Source of the DNA: Prasinococcaceae sp. CCMP 1430 | Taxonomy: Eukaryota; Plantae; Prasinodermophyta | NCBI GenBank assembly: GCA_013416795.1 | Contig: RQSC01000005.1 | Span: 388,733-452,732 of the forward strand | Reading direction: 5' to 3' | DNA length: 64,000 bases | Part shown: positions 23,974-35,821 of the stretch, piece after piece | Numbering within the stretch: position 1 is the first letter of the stretch | Layout: each line of letters begins with the position of its first letter | Program-made: the position numbers and the translations under genes | The notes under the pieces: generated by a model | What the model was told of the DNA's origin: nothing | The model's database searches: none | Seen by the model: only the letters and a program-made list of their open reading frames with translations

Positions 23974-24943
23974 ACACACACACACGCACACACCGCACCC
24001 ACACGCACACACCCACACGCACCCACCACACACACACACCGTCCGCTTCGGGGGAAAAAAAAAAGCGGCCTGCGCGCGTACGGTGCGCTCACGATCGGCG
24101 AGCCCGGGGAGAGCGCCACCGTGGAGGACGTGCGCGCGCTCATGGACAAGGCGGAGGAGGAGCTCGAGGAGCTCGAAGATGCGCTCGGGCAGCGCTTGGG
24201 TGGCTTCGCGGACAAGTCGTTGTGGGACGTTCACGTGCGTGCGCGCGCGCCCTCGCGCGAGCGAGCGCGCGGACGTGTAGACAGACGCGCGCGCATTGCA
24301 GCGGTGGGCGGCAGCTGACCGACGCGACGCGTCCTCACCGCCTCGCGTGCGCCACTCGCAGCTGCCGCCGCGAGGCACGTGCGCGGGCGCCTGCGGCCGG
24401 TACGTGGTGTCCGGCCACTGCAGCTGCGCTGTCGAGTGCGTCGCATACGACGACTGCTGTGACGACTACAGCTCGCACTGCGGCCCCTACAAGGTGCGAG
24501 AGTGCGCATGCTCGGGCGCCCGCATGCTCGCGAGTTGGACCCCCCCCCCCACACTCTCCCTCGCGTCCGCGCCCTTTGCACACACCCACGCACGCCCACA
24601 CACCGTCCGCTGACCTCTCCCCACCGCCCACCCACCCTCCCCCTTTTCCTCCCGTCCACCCTACGGCCGTGGCTCGCCGGGTGGTGACAAGGGCGCATCC
24701 GGTGAGCGCACGCCGCTCAACGAAGCGTGGAGGCGCGCCGACCGCAGCGCGCAGCTCGCCGCGCAGGGGTTCGACCCGACGGAGTACTCGTGCTTCCACC
24801 GCGGTTGCAACGACAACAACAGCACCGTGTGCAGCTGCGACGAGGCGTCGTGCGACGAGGGCACGTGCTGCCCGGACGTGGGCGAGTGGTGCGCGCAAGA
24901 AGCGGAAGAGGGCGGGAAGAACAACGGGCACCCCGGACCGTAG
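23364..24943 (+). CDS. Secreted protein: signal peptide, Tyr/Asp/Asn 9-aa repeats, acidic helical segment and two somatomedin-B-like domains (multi-exon)
   Basis: MMRRGARLLGAASALAFALALPARA signal; PSDDYYNNI repeats; TCAGACG...CSCAVECVAYDDCCDDYSSHC and SCFHRGC...CSCDEASCDEGTCCPDVGEWC. Confidence 0.7.
23487..23651 (+). repeat. 27-nt tandem repeat x6 (coding, PSD[D/T]Y[Y/Q]NN[I/Y])
   Basis: Unit approximately CCAAGCGACGACTACTACAACAACATC, read directly; A/C-rich against a GC-rich background. Confidence 0.95.
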
Positions 24944-25054
24944 CACGAGGATGCGCGCTCCAGCCCTGCCTGCGCCGGAGCCGAGTGGACGCGACGCGCC
25001 CGGGCGTGCAAGGGTATTGTACATCGTCGCCGTTCTTACAGAGTCGCCGCGCGG

Positions 25055-27045
25055 TCACGCGGCCTTGGCCTTCACGGGCCCGACGCCGCCCACAGCGCGC
25101 AGCTTGTCGCGAAGTTCGCGGTAGTGCGAGCGCGCCGCCGCTGCGCCCACGCACGCCAGCGCGCCCGCGCCCACGCCCACGTGCGCGGCGTGCGCGCCCA
25201 CGCCCGCGCCGCTCGCGCCCGCCAAAGCGTGGACGTCCCCCAGGAGGGCACGCCTTGAGGCACCCGTGACCACCACAGCAAGCGCGAGGCTCGCGCACAC
25301 AAGCGGCGAGGGCAGCGCGCACGCGAGCGCGCGAGCGCCAGGCGGGCGCCGGGCGATCACGCACACGGCGTACGCCACGCGCGCGCCCATGCTCGCCATG
25401 TTCGCCATCACGATGCCAGTCGCGGAGAGCGCGCCCGTAGAGCGGTACCACGCGACGCACACGCCCGCCTGCAGCGCCGCTGCCATCGCCAGCGCGAGAT
25501 TGCCCTGCGCGCGTCGTCGTACATAGTCAGCGACAGGGCGCACGTCGGCTGGGCGCCGACAGCGCGTCGCAGTCCCCTGGGCGCCAGCCTCGCGCGCGGC
25601 GAGCATCGCACGACCGCGCGCCCGTGCGCGCCTGTGCGCTCCGCTCGCGCCTCACCTGCATGAGCTGCCGCGTGCCGGCCACGGCGTGCACGAACGCCTC
25701 CGTGATGCCGTTGAGCGCCATCACGAGCACGTACGCGCTGTAGGCGGCCAGCGCGCCCGCGGCGCCCGGCGCGGACGCGCGCGCCTCGCCATAGAGCAAC
25801 CGCAAGGCCGTGTGTGCGTACGCGGGGCCGAAAGCTGCGCAGACGCCGCCGGCGAGCAGCGCCACCTGCACGCGCCACGGCAGGGCGACGGGAGGCGCGA
25901 GCGCGCGCAGGTCGCATCGGGTGAGCGCTCACGTGGCGTGGCGTGCGCGCGCGCGCTCACGCGCGCGCATCCTCGAGCGCGCACGTCACGCGCGCCCACG
26001 GACCTTGAGCAGCGCTGCGAGCGCATCCCCCTGCGAATCGGCAACGGCCCGGCGCTCTGCGCGCGTCCGCACGAGCGCCTGCTCCCCTAACCCCGCAGCC
26101 TCGCCGTCGCCCTTCGCCCCGCCACCCTTGCCGGAGAGCCTCGCCGACCTGCGCTTCGCGGGCGCCGCCTCCGTGCGACCCGCGCGCGCGTGTGAATCCT
26201 GCTCGCGGTCGAGCTCTCGCTCGCGCGCGGCCGCCTTGGCGAACAGCGCAAACGCCGTCTCCTCGAAGGGCAGCAGCAGCACGCGCGCCACGATCGAGCC
26301 GAGATTGTCCGCCAGCGCGAAGGCGCCGAGTGCTGCGTCGTCCGCCGCGGTGTTGGCAAGCACCAGCGCCGCCTGGGGGCGCGAGCGGGCCAGCGGGTGA
26401 GCGACGGGCGATGGCGAGGGGGACACGGCACGAGCACACGTGGGTCGCCCGGCACGCCAACGCTCGCACGCCAGGTACACGCGATCGTGCGCGCGCGCAC
26501 GCCCTCGCGCACCTTGACGCCCTCCGCAAGGAGCAGCTTGGCGACCGCCTGTGCAGTGAAGCCGCCCGCGAGCCTCACGATGTGCGCGCTGGGCGCGCCG
26601 CGCGGCAGCAGCGCTCGCGCCCCGCCGCGCACGCGCGCGGCGGCCCACGCCGCGTAGGCCAGCGACATGGCAATGCCGTANCGGCGGCGGCCGCCGCGGG
26701 CACGCAAAGCCACGCGGCGGATGCGACGCCCGGCGGCACGTCCAGCTCCAGGGCTCGCGCGCGCGAGGGGGAGAGGCCTGCGGCTCCCACCGCGCCCTGG
26801 GTGGCGCGGCGCAGCCCCTCGCGCGACACCACGAAGATCGCCGTGGACACGACGTGCATCGTCACCTGGGCGTGCCCCCACACGGCGAGAGGCACCGAGC
26901 GCGCGAGCGCGACGTTGAGCGCGAACGTCGCGAGGCGCGCCGCGGCGGACAGGCCGACGAGGCGGCCGAGCACGCGCCCCAGGGAGGCTCGCGGCGGCGC
27001 CTGCGGCGCATGGGGCGCAGCCTCCTCTCCCGATGCAGCTCCCAT
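25055..27045 (-). CDS. RFT1: RFT1 lipid-linked oligosaccharide translocation protein (multi-exon; N at 26681)
   Basis: ARLATFALN, SREGLRRA, VAKLLLAEG, FALADNLGSIVARVLLLPFEE, FGPAYA, YVLVMALNGITEAF and GIVMANMASMGARVAY. Confidence 0.88.
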
Positions 27046-30000
27046 CGCACGGCGCGGGCAGAGCGACGGGTGCGNNNNNNNNNNNNNNNNNNNNNNNNNN
27101 NNNNNNNNNNNNNNNNNNNNNNNNNNNNNNNNNNNNNNNNNNNNNNNNNNNNNNNNNNNNNNNNNNNNNNNNNNNNNNNNNNNNNNNNNNNNNNNNNNNN
27201 NNNNNNNNNNNNNNNNNNNNNNNNNNNNNNNNNNNNNNNNNNNNNNNNNNNNNNNNNNNNNNNNNNNNNNNNNNNNNNNNNNNNNNNNNNNNNNNNNNNN
27301 NNNNNNNNNNNNNNNNNNNNNNNNNNNNNNNNNNNNNNNNNNNNNNNNNNNNNNNNNNNNNNNNNNNNNNNNNNNNNNNNNNNNNNNNNNNNNNNNNNNN
27401 NNNNNNNNNNNNNNNNNNNNNNNNNNNNNNNNNNNNNNNNNNNNNNNNNNNNNNNNNNNNNNNNNNNNNNNNNNNNNNNNNNNNNNNNNNNNNNNNNNNN
27501 NNNNNNNNNNNNNNNNNNNNNNNNNNNNNNNNNNNNNNNNNNNNNNNNNNNNNNNNNNNNNNNNNNNNNNNNNNNNNNNNNNNNNNNNNNNNNNNNNNNN
27601 NNNNNNNNNNNNNNNNNNNNNNNNNNNNNNNNNNNNNNNNNNNNNNNNNNNNNNNNNNNNNNNNNNNNNNNNNNNNNNNNNNNNNNNNNNNNNNNNNNNN
27701 NNNNNNNNNNNNNNNNNNNNCGCGCGCGCGCGCTCACTGGCGCGCGCGTTTCGCACGCGCGGCGCGCGCCCGCTTTTCGCGGCGCCCCTCGCCGCCGCCC
27801 CTCGTCGGAGCTCGGATCAAAAATCCGTACAGATCGGGCCATCCCGGCGCCTCCCGCGAAAATCGTTCCGCCCGGCTGCCCAGCCGCGCATCCACCTTTT
27901 GCCGCGACGCGCTGCGGGCCGCGCGGTGGTTCGTTCGGCCGGCGGCGCCGGCCGCGGCCGCGTGCCTACGGCCCTGCGCCGAAAGACCCGGTCTGACCGC
28001 TACGATGACCCGTATCACACGGACCTCGCCGAACTCATATACCGGTTCCACCTTCAAACGTACCCGGGTTCCAACCCTCCGACCTGCATCGGTATCGTCG
28101 ATATCGCGTGATGGTGCGCTCGGTGGGCCCTCCGACGCGTCATCACGCGTTCCGAGGCGCCGCGCGGCTGTTCTCGGAACTCCGCTTTCGATTGCAACTC
28201 GGTCGGTTGTGACGGACTGTGTTACAAGACATTTTCGCGGTGCGCGCGCGCGCATAATTCGCAGCGGATGCGAAACGTTACACGTTTCCGGAATTCCGTT
28301 ACGGTGGTTTGAACCCGCGCGCCAGCATATCCCGCGCCGCGCCGTCGCGGCGAATTACGGATTCGGAATCCGGCCTCGAATCGCCGTGACACAAGGTCAA
28401 AACACTAATGTCTGTCTGCGCCCGCGGCCGCGGCGCTGACGCGACCGCCGCGTCGGAACGGATTCGGATTCGGATTCGGAATTGCGGTCTCGAATCGCCA
28501 CTTGGTTTCATGAAGGGGCACGGCGAAGGGGCATCCCGCGACGCAAATCGCGGGCCGAAGATTGCGTCCGATTTCGCCGCGTTCGGCGCGCCATCGGTCG
28601 ACGGGGTGCGCGCGCATCCCCCATCAGCGCGCACTCACGCGGCGCGCGCGCCCGGCGCGCCAACCGCCGCGCGCAATCATCGCGCGGCGATTCTGCCGGT
28701 CGGGCCGGCCCCAACCACTCATCGCCGGAGGCCACCGGGGCCCCGCGCACTGAGTGCGACGACTGTGCCCCTCCTCGGAACCCACGTTCGCGTCGTGGCG
28801 ATCGATCGAGGATCCGCGCGCGGATTCGAGGGTGGTGACCTCATCCGGCGCGTCGGGTTACGCACGTGCCCGCCACGGGCGCACCTTTGAGTTTTGACCA
28901 TGTTAAAACGTCCCCCCAGGATTTCGCATATCAGCGGCCGCCGCTGGTGGGGTTTCTCGTCGCCGCGGGAACGCCCGTACGGTGGCCCGCGTCGCACGAA
29001 ATATCCTTGCACGACGTGGGCCGAGATACGCCCGCGACGCGTCCGAGCATGTGCGAAACACATCCACACACAGCAGCGCGCACTCACTCGCTGCCGACAC
29101 GCGCCGTTATGAGAACGCCATTTTCCCCGCTTTCGTTTCGCGCGCGCCTCCGTGCGGGGTGCGCGTGGGGGGGGGGGTCCCGCGTCGGCGGGCCGCGCGC
29201 TTCCGGACGGCGCGAGCCCACGTTTTGATGGCGTACCGCGGGCCGCGCGCTCCTTCGCCGGCTTCTTTCGGGCGGGGTTTGCGTTTGTTTCGCGCCCTCG
29301 GCCGGATTCGGCGCCCAGGGATTTGACGCGAATCCGTTTTGACTCCTCGCCGGTGCGTTCCGGCTGCCGGAAAACGTGTGGGAAAAAACCGCGCGCGCGC
29401 GCGCGCGCGCGCGCGCGGCGGGGCGGGGCTGCGTCGGCGCGNNNNNNNNNNNNNNNNNNNNNNNNNNNNNNNNNNNNNNNNNNNNNNNNNNNNNNNNNNN
29501 NNNNNNNNNNNNNNNNNNNNNNNNNNNNNNNNNNNNNNNNNNNNNNNNNNNNNNNNNNNNNNNNNNNNNNNNNNNNNNNNNNNNNNNNNNNNNNNNNNNN
29601 NNNNNNNNNNNNNNNNNNNNNNNNNNNNNNNNNNNNNNNNNNNNNNNNNNNNNNNNNNNNNNNNNNNNGCGCGCCGGCGCGCGGGGAAGCAGCGGCGCCG
29701 CGCCGCCGCAGCGCGACGGAAGCGCCCGTCGAAATCGCCTCGCGCCCGCGAGACAAACAAACGGAAAAGATGGCATTTCGGAAGGGGAATGTGGAGGCCT
29801 CCTCGAGGCGGCGACGCCGCGGCGAGCGATTTCGCAGGGGGCATCAGCGCATCTCCAAGTCAATCGTCATGTAACATCCGCGTGTTGTATTCCGTGAATA
29901 TAAGTTTCCCGTGGGGTCATATGTACTTACATAGTAGTTTTGATCGCGCCCGGGTGGCTGGGCGTGCGGTGGTGGGAGGAAACGCGGAAACGGCGGAAAG

Positions 30001-30482
30001 GAGATTCGCGCGGCGTTTGGGGGCGCGGCGCCGTCGGAGTCCGGGGGAAAACACGGCAACTGAAGCGCGGCGACTGAGTGCGCGGTTGCTGCGTGCGGGG
30101 CCTGAAATGAACGAACGGACATCGGCTGCGAGGGAGGCGCCGCTCGGGGGGGGAGGGGGTGTGATAATCTCGNNNNNNNNNNNNNNNNNNNNNNNNNNNN
30201 NNNNNNNNNNNNNNNNNNNNNNNNNNNNNNNNNNNNNNNNNNNNNNNNNNNNNNNNNNNNNNNNNNNNNNNNNNNNNNNNNNNNNNNNNNNNNNNNNNNN
30301 NNNNNNNNNNNNNNNNNNNNNNNNNNNNNNNNNNNNNNNNNNNNNNNNNNNNNNNNNNNNNNNNNNNNNNNNNNNNNNNNNNNNNNNNNNNNNNNNNNNN
30401 NNNNNNNNNNNNNNNNNNNNNNNNNNNNNNNNNNNNNNNNNNNNNNNNNNNNNNNNNNNNNNNNNNNNNNNNNNNNNNNNNN

Positions 30483-31831
30483 CGCCCGCCGCAACGCCGG
30501 TGGCGGCAGCGGTGCGAAAGGCAGCACCCGCTGCGGGGGCTCGGGCGGCCGCGGCCGCGGCTGCTGCGGTGCCGAGAAAGACCGCGGCGCCCGCCGACGG
30601 GGACAAGCCGAAGCCAAGCTCGCACGCCACCAGCGGCGGCGCCAACGCGGCGCGGGCCGCACCGGTGGTGAACGGCCGCAAGCGGAAGGCCTCCGCCGGC
30701 CCCATCGGCGACAGGGGACCGACGTGCCACAAGTGCAGCGCGCCGGCGCGCCTGATCGATGAAAGTTCGAGCAAACGCGAGGGCCTGCCCACCGGCCGGC
30801 GCTGCCCGACCTGTGCAACCGTGTACCACCTGCACGACTGCGGCAAGCGGTACCTGCGCTGTGGCTTGTTGGACATGCTGGAGCAGTGCCCGATCTGCGC
30901 CAAGACGTGCAACTGCGCCGGCGGACCCGTCATGTGCTACGTGACGGCAAGCCGCCTGAGGATGCAGAAGCGGCGCCAGGCGGCCAAGTCCAGGGAGGGC
31001 GCCGCAGCGGCGGTGCTCCAAGCCGCGACGAAGGAGGCCTCGGATGCCGTGGGCGTGGCCGCGGCGACATCAGGTGCCCAGGTGCCGGGGATGCCCGTCG
31101 CCTCCGCCGCAGGCTGGAACCCCATGATGGCCCTGCCCATGTCGAACGGCCTGATGGCCGCGAAAACGGGCGGGCTCGCGCAGGGCAACGCGCCGCCCAT
31201 GGACCTGCAAACTGCGGCGCTCTGCATGGCCGCGAAGGGCCTACCAGTCAACGCAGGCATGTTCGCGAACGCGAACGCTTTGCTCCCGGGCGGCCAGGCG
31301 AACCTGCTGATGTCGCAAGTGCCGGCGAATCCGAACCTCCAAACGCACGCACTCCTAGCGGCTCTTGCGACCGCGCAGCAGCAGCAGAATGCCCAGGTGC
31401 AGCTGCTCAATCAGCTTCAAGAGAAGCTCCAGAAGCAGCGCCAACAACAAGCACAACAGGTGGCTTCGCTCCGGCAGAGTGCACAGCAGGCACAGGTCCA
31501 GGCGGCGGCCGCAGCCGCAGCCGCAGCCGCAGCCGCTGACCAATCGGCACCGCCCTCGGCCGAGGTGGTTTTGGCGGCCGCGGCAGCTGCTGGCCTCGGC
31601 AGTGGCCTCATGGGCGGCAGCATGGGTTACGGCATGGGCGGCAACATGGGAATCGCGAACCTCCTCGGGCGGGCCGGGGGCGCCAACCTGGCGGCCAACC
31701 TGGCGCCAGCGACAAGCCGGCAGGCGCCAGCGCTGATGCAGGCGCTCGTGCGCCCGGCCCCGCGGCGCACCAGCCCCCCGCCGAGCAAGTTGGAGCAGAC
31801 AAGCGCGCCCGCGCGCGCCCCTGTACAATAA
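30483..31831 (+). CDS. zf-4CXXC_R1 (CDCA7/JMJD1-like) zinc-finger protein with Gln/Ala-rich C-terminus; 5' end in gap
   Basis: TCHKC...CPTC...HDCGKRY...CPICAKTCNC...C Cys spacing resembles zf-4CXXC_R1; low-complexity Q/A tail. Confidence 0.6.
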
Positions 31832-31990
31832 CAGCGCATGTGCGCACATTTGACATGACATGGTGAGCAGAGGATCGCAGTCTTTTTGTAAATATGGCCC
31901 TGACAAAGGGCTACATTCGAACCCCAGCCCACCGCCCGCGCGCACCGGTCGCTGCGCGCACGTGACTACGAGGGCGCTGCTGGTGTCGGC

Positions 31991-33349
31991 TCAGCACTCC
32001 TCGAGCGCCCATAGCCTGAGGACGCCGTCATCGCCCACCGACGCGAGCGCCACATCGCTGCCAGCGCTGCCCGCGCCGGCTGCTGGCCGCCACGCGACAC
32101 AGTTGACGTCTGCCGCGTGCGCGCGCTCAGTGCGGTGCACGACCTCGAGGAACGCCGGCCGCTCTCGTTGCCCTCGCGCCTGATGCACCTGACCATCGTG
32201 GCTTGGCCGGTCTTGCGGGCGCTGGCGCTTGCTGCCCTTGCTGCGCCCGAAAGCGGTCCCCAGCCACCCGGCGATGCCCACGCGGCCGCCCGCGGTTCCC
32301 ACCTCGCCGCTTCCTTCGCTCCCGTCCGCACCAGCCGCCGTCGGACCTTCGCCCATGGCCTCACCGGACATTGCATCGGCAGCATCGTCGCAGACCCCGC
32401 GACTGCACCCCCCGCCACACCTCAGCAGACAAATGGCGTCGTCACCGCCGCCGGTGGCGACGAGGCCACTCGCCTCGATGTCATCGGCGCGCTGCCAGTC
32501 GACCGTGTATACTGGCCCTTGGTGCACGTCGGGCGCGGCCGTCGCGAGCGTCCAGCCGGAGTGCGCGCCGTCGCTGCTGCCAGCCCGCCACCACAGTGCG
32601 ACGTGCCGATCGGCGCCGCAAGTGACCAGACGCGCACCAGCCGTGTCGAAGGCGAGGCCCCACACGGTGGACGAATGCCCCCCAGGCAGCTCGCCCGCGC
32701 CGCCGCCATCGGGGGAAGCCACCACCGAAGCGCCTGGCGTGCCGTCGGACGCCTCCGCGACGCCGAGCGTCTGCGTGCAGTGCCAGTCGTCTTCATTCAT
32801 CTCATCGGCCCACACGCGCACGGTATTGTCGTAAGACGCCGACAGGAGCACGGGCTCGGTGGGGTGCCACGCGACGCACTTGACGTCGGCAGCGTGGCCA
32901 CTGAGCACAGCGGCGCAGTCGAACTCGTTGTCCTCCTCGGCCGCCCACACCCAAACGGTTCGGTCGCGTCCGCATGTCGCAAGCAGCTCGCCTCCGGCGC
33001 CCCAGGCGACTGCCTTGACCTCGCTTTCATGGCCCTCCAGCACTGCCCGCTGCACCCACTCGCCGCCCGCGCCCTGCTCCTCGTACACCACCACCGTGCC
33101 GTCGAACGCGGCTGCCGCGAACCGCCGCCCGCACGGCGAGAGCGCCACGCGCCGCACGGTGCGTGCAGCGACCGCATCGACCTCGCCAACGCACTCCCAA
33201 ACCCCGCCGACGAGAGCCCACACGCGCACGCATCGGTCCGCGCCGCACGTGAGCACGCGGCGCCCAGCCGCGTCCCACGCGCAGCACCACGCCGCCGAGC
33301 CGTCCGCCGACGCCGGCAGCGCCGCCACCTCGCGCAGCCGAGGGGCCAT
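31991..33349 (-). CDS. CIA1: Cytosolic Fe-S assembly WD40 protein CIA1/CIAO1
   Basis: RTVRRVALSPCG, LEGHESEVKAVAW, LATCGRDRTVWVW, GHAADVKCVAWHP, SASYDNTVRVW, GHSSTVW and AHAADVNCVAW. Confidence 0.93.
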   Translation of the reverse strand: MAPRLREVAALPASADGSAAWCCAWDAAGRRVLTCGADRCVRVWALVGGVWECVGEVDAVAARTVRRVALSPCGRRFAAAAFDGTVVVYEEQGAGGEWVQRAVLEGHESEVKAVAWGAGGELLATCGRDRTVWVWAAEEDNEFDCAAVLSGHAADVKCVAWHPTEPVLLSASYDNTVRVWADEMNEDDWHCTQTLGVAEASDGTPGASVVASPDGGGAGELPGGHSSTVWGLAFDTAGARLVTCGADRHVALWWRAGSSDGAHSGWTLATAAPDVHQGPVYTVDWQRADDIEASGLVATGGGDDAICLLRCGGGCSRGVCDDAADAMSGEAMGEGPTAAGADGSEGSGEVGTAGGRVGIAGWLGTAFGRSKGSKRQRPQDRPSHDGQVHQARGQRERPAFLEVVHRTERAHAADVNCVAWRPAAGAGSAGSDVALASVGDDGVLRLWALEEC

Positions 33350-33783
33350 GCCGCCGTGCGGCCGCCCGCCTCCCGCGCCGCTCCGCCAACGTGCGACGGT
33401 GGAGCCTCCGGGACACCAACCCGTCTCGCCCCGACGACGCTACGTCGCCGCCCTTCCCTTCTCTCCCGCCGCCCCCCCTCCCCCACTCTCGCTCGCGGTG
33501 TGCCGCCGCCCCCCACGCTGCGCAGCGCGGCACGGCCGCCGCCGCCTCGCGCGCAGGCATTCGGGCGCCGCCGGGCGCCATTGGCCCCGCCATCGACACT
33601 TCACCCCGTCGTTTACACACACATCACATTCACATGTCATTTCGTCGCACGACGCGCGGATTCCCCCATTGAAATGACGCCATCCGTAATATTATTAGAC
33701 CCTACCCTAACTATAACCTCAACCTTCCGAGACCGGCGCCGGGCCGACGCGCGGCTGCTCCCGGCCATGCGCTGTGACGTAGG

Positions 33784-33791
33784 TAGGGTTT
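33784..33791 (+). promoter_or_regulatory. Telo-box-like motif TAGGGTTT in the CIA1/RAD51 divergent promoter
   Basis: Exact reverse complement of AAACCCTA; the same octamer occurs at 55092 and 59998, each shortly upstream of a gene start. Confidence 0.45.
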
Positions 33792-34233
33792 GCTTCATGG
33801 CGCGGGCGACCCTTCGGGTTTAGCCCGGCGTTTTGCAGTTCATTCGCATGCGCATCGGCGCGCGCGCGCGCGCGTGGGGTTGGTTTGGGGTTTTTTGGCG
33901 GAGGCGGCGCGCGCGCGCGCGCCTCCGCGCGCGGCGCGCCGACGCAGCCTCGGAAATGTTCGCGAGGCCTCAGACGGATGCGTTTTGATGGCGAGGCGCG
34001 CGGAGCCGCGCCGCGCGGAATGGCCGTCCCGCCGGAAAATCTTTGAACGCGGGGCGAAAGGCGCGCGCGCGGATGCGCGGCGACGCCGCGCCACACGCCG
34101 CGCGGCCGTCGCGCAAGAGGGCGGGCGAGGGGCGCAGGGCGAGGCGGGGGCGGCAGGGAGAGAGAGAGGAAGCTGCTGCGGGGGGCGCTGGGTGGGCGCG
34201 TGGCGCTCCAGGCAGGCGGCCAGGCCGGCAGCC

Positions 34234-35392
34234 ATGGCGGCGGCCGTCGCCGAGCAGGTGATGCAGGAGAACGTGGAGATGCAGGACGAGGAGGAGCAGA
34301 TGGACACCGGGCCGGTGCCGCTGCAGGCGCTGGAGGGGCAGATCACGGGCATCACGTCCGGTGACCTCAAGAAGCTCATCGACGCGGGCTTCACGACTAT
34401 GGAGGCAGTGGGCCGCTCGACGAAGAAGTCGCTCATCGAAGTCAAGGGCATCAGGTGCGTCCGCGTGGCGCGCTCTGCGCACTGGCCGGCAGGCGCGCGC
34501 GCACACGCGCTGTATCCCTGCCTGCTGGCAGCCGCTGTGTCTGACCCCGACCACACGCGCACGCGAACGTAGCGAGAACAAAGCGGACAAGCTCATGGAG
34601 TACATCTCCAACCACCTGCAGATGGGGTTCACCAGCGCGGCCGACCACGCGCTGCAGCGTCAGGACATGGTGATGGTGTCGACGGGCGCAAAGGAGCTCG
34701 ACAAGATTCTCGAGGGCGGGCTGGAGACGGGGTCCATCACGGAGATCTACGGCGAGTTCCGCACAGGCAAGACGCAGCTCTGTCATACGCTGTGCGTGAC
34801 GTGCCAGCTGCCAATGGACCAGGGCGGGGGCGAGGGCAAGGCGTTGTATATCGACACGGAGGGCACATTCCGCCCGCAGCGCCTCGTGCAGATCGCCGAG
34901 CGCTTCGGCCTGAACGCGCAGGACGTGCTGGACAACGTGGCGTACGCGCGCGCGTACAATAGCGACCACCAGAGCCAGCTGCTCCTGCAGGCCGCCAGTA
35001 TGATGACCGAGCAGCGCTTCGCGCTGCTGATCGTCGACAGTGCGACTGCGCTCTACCGCACGGACTACAACGGCCGTGGGGAGCTGAGCGCGCGCCAGGT
35101 GCACCTCGGCAGGTTCCTGAGGAGCCTGCAGCGGCTAGCCGACGAATTCGGCATCGCGGTCGTGGTGACCAACCAGGTCGTGGCCAAGGTCGACGGTGGC
35201 CCCATGGCATTCGGGCCACAGATCGCGCCCATCGGCGGCAACATCATTGCGCATGCCAGCACCACGCGCCTCTGGCTCAAGAAGGGCCGCGGCGAGAACC
35301 GCGTGTGCAAGATCGTTTGCTCGCCGAGTTTGCCCGAGGCAGACGCGGAGTTCGCGATCTCGCCCGAGGGCGTGGTCGACAGCAAGGGCTAA
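34234..35392 (+). CDS. RAD51: DNA repair recombinase RAD51; intron 34455-34572
   Basis: [61 protein letters not shown] and [14 protein letters not shown]; the splice restores IKGI-S-ENKADK. Confidence 0.97.
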
Positions 35393-35821
35393 ATCCCTCC
35401 CCCGGCCCCCCTCTCCCGACACCCAACCCCTCCACACACACATACGCTTCTCCACACGTGTGCCCGGCGGCGCCGCCGCAAGCTCAGGGCTGGCACTGCG
35501 TGCGGCTAATTCGCCGCAGGTCGGCTGCCCATGTAACACTATGATCCCCTCCCCATGTTATTGGTGGGAGGCGCCAACGTCCTGTGACACGCGCTGCCCG
35601 CCGCGCCGCTCTACTCGCGGGCGCGCCCTGAGTGAGCAGAGCGCCCGACTCGAGCCTGTGATAGTGATTGAACTGAGGTGTGCCGACTGTGCATGTGTCG
35701 CGAGGCAAACCCCATTATTAGTCTAGACTAGTCGTCTAGAGTAGCGAGCGCGCGACACGCGACCACAAGGAGACGCGCTCGCCCTCGCACCTCACGGCGC
35801 GGCTCCGCGGCCGCGCTCGCG

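Noticed and set aside
34234-35392. DMC1 (meiotic) rather than RAD51
   Set aside because: [14 protein letters not shown] and the N-terminal features fit RAD51 better, so it is not evidence for meiosis by itself.
35712-35745. AGTCTAGACT palindrome and TCTAGA repeats between the RAD51 and LSM11 3' ends
   Set aside because: Too short to support a function and not repeated elsewhere in the window.
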